NCBI GenBank assembly: GCA_965205485.1
Contig: OZ242180.1
Coordinates: forward strand, 1,152,001 to 1,216,000
Length of the DNA: 64,000 nt
Source of the DNA: Candidatus Latescibacterota bacterium
GTDB taxonomy: Bacteria > Latescibacterota > UBA2968 > GCA-2709665
Reading direction: 5' to 3'
This document shows, piece after piece, positions 63,658 through 64,000 of the stretch (positions within the stretch are counted from its first letter, which is position 1; every line of letters starts with the position of its first letter). The notes beneath the pieces are model-generated. The model ran no database searches and was not told the DNA's origin. It was given only the letters and a program-made list of their open reading frames with translations. A program made the translations under genes and the position numbers.

Positions 63658-64000
63658 TCAGTTCAAGCTCTTGCCGAAGTCGGCGGCAAAGATCAAAAAA
63701 TCGCTGAACCCGATGGTACCGTTGCCGTCCAGATCGAAGCGTGCTTCGTATTCCGCATCGCCCTTTTTCGATCCGAACTTCCCGGCGAACTGCACGAAAT
63801 CCCCGAAGCCTACGGTCCCGTCACCGTCGAAGTCAGGGTTGGCGACAGACGGTGCGATGTACCTGAAAACATCCCACAGCAGCACGGTACCATCCGATGC
63901 GCCCGAGGCCAGGACGTGGCCGTCACCTGAAAACGCCACAGAATGGACATGCCCATTGTGCCCTTTCAGATTGGCTATCTGTTCATGTGTCGCCATGTCC
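63658..64000 (-). CDS. 3' end of a WD40 protein with a C-terminal dockerin-like domain (truncated by the window edge)
   Basis: GHNGHVHSVAFSGDG...LWD then NPDFDGDGTVGFGDF...FDLDGNGTIGFSDFLIFAADFGK. Confidence 0.88.
   Translation of the reverse strand, partial: DMATHEQIANLKGHNGHVHSVAFSGDGHVLASGASDGTVLLWDVFRYIAPSVANPDFDGDGTVGFGDFVQFAGKFGSKKGDAEYEARFDLDGNGTIGFSDFLIFAADFGKSLN

Noticed and set aside
50324..64000. Diversity-generating retroelement or shufflon behind the modular variation
   Set aside because: No reverse transcriptase, no adenine-specific TR/VR pair and no invertase or integrase is visible in the window.

Overview
This is a GC-rich bacterial chromosome segment. Its content (many secreted proteins tagged with an EF-hand/dockerin-like module, WD40 and LRR repeat proteins, PhyH dioxygenases, a sulfatase) resembles uncultured Latescibacterota/Gemmatimonadota/Poribacteria-type host-associated bacteria; that assignment is inference only. 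The 1-33 kb part is mostly housekeeping and metabolism: an amidohydrolase, a tetraether-synthase (Tes/MJ0619)-like radical SAM enzyme, tig-clpP-clpX-engB, an aminotransferase with serA, purA, moaA, a sulfite/nitrite reductase, a ferredoxin, gltB, an SDR, a transketolase-like protein, a xylonate dehydratase and a PPTase. The gltB 5' end is interrupted by a 46-bp insert between 21-bp direct repeats. At 34-39 kb a REP/BIME-bounded island carries a Fic gene, a decayed AbrB/MazE antitoxin and a Phd-VapC pair. At 39.6-50 kb lie catabolic genes, including a two-domain PhyH protein with a halogenase-like HxA motif. The 50-64 kb part is an accessory tract of modular secreted proteins (dockerin-like, cohesin-like, WD40, metzincin, LRR, Ig) with orphan domain fragments and a complete sigma-54/IHF/UAS promoter. 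No rRNA, tRNA, CRISPR array, integrase or transposase gene was recognised. Several single-base homopolymer frameshifts suggest sequencing indels, so the pseudogene calls are tentative.
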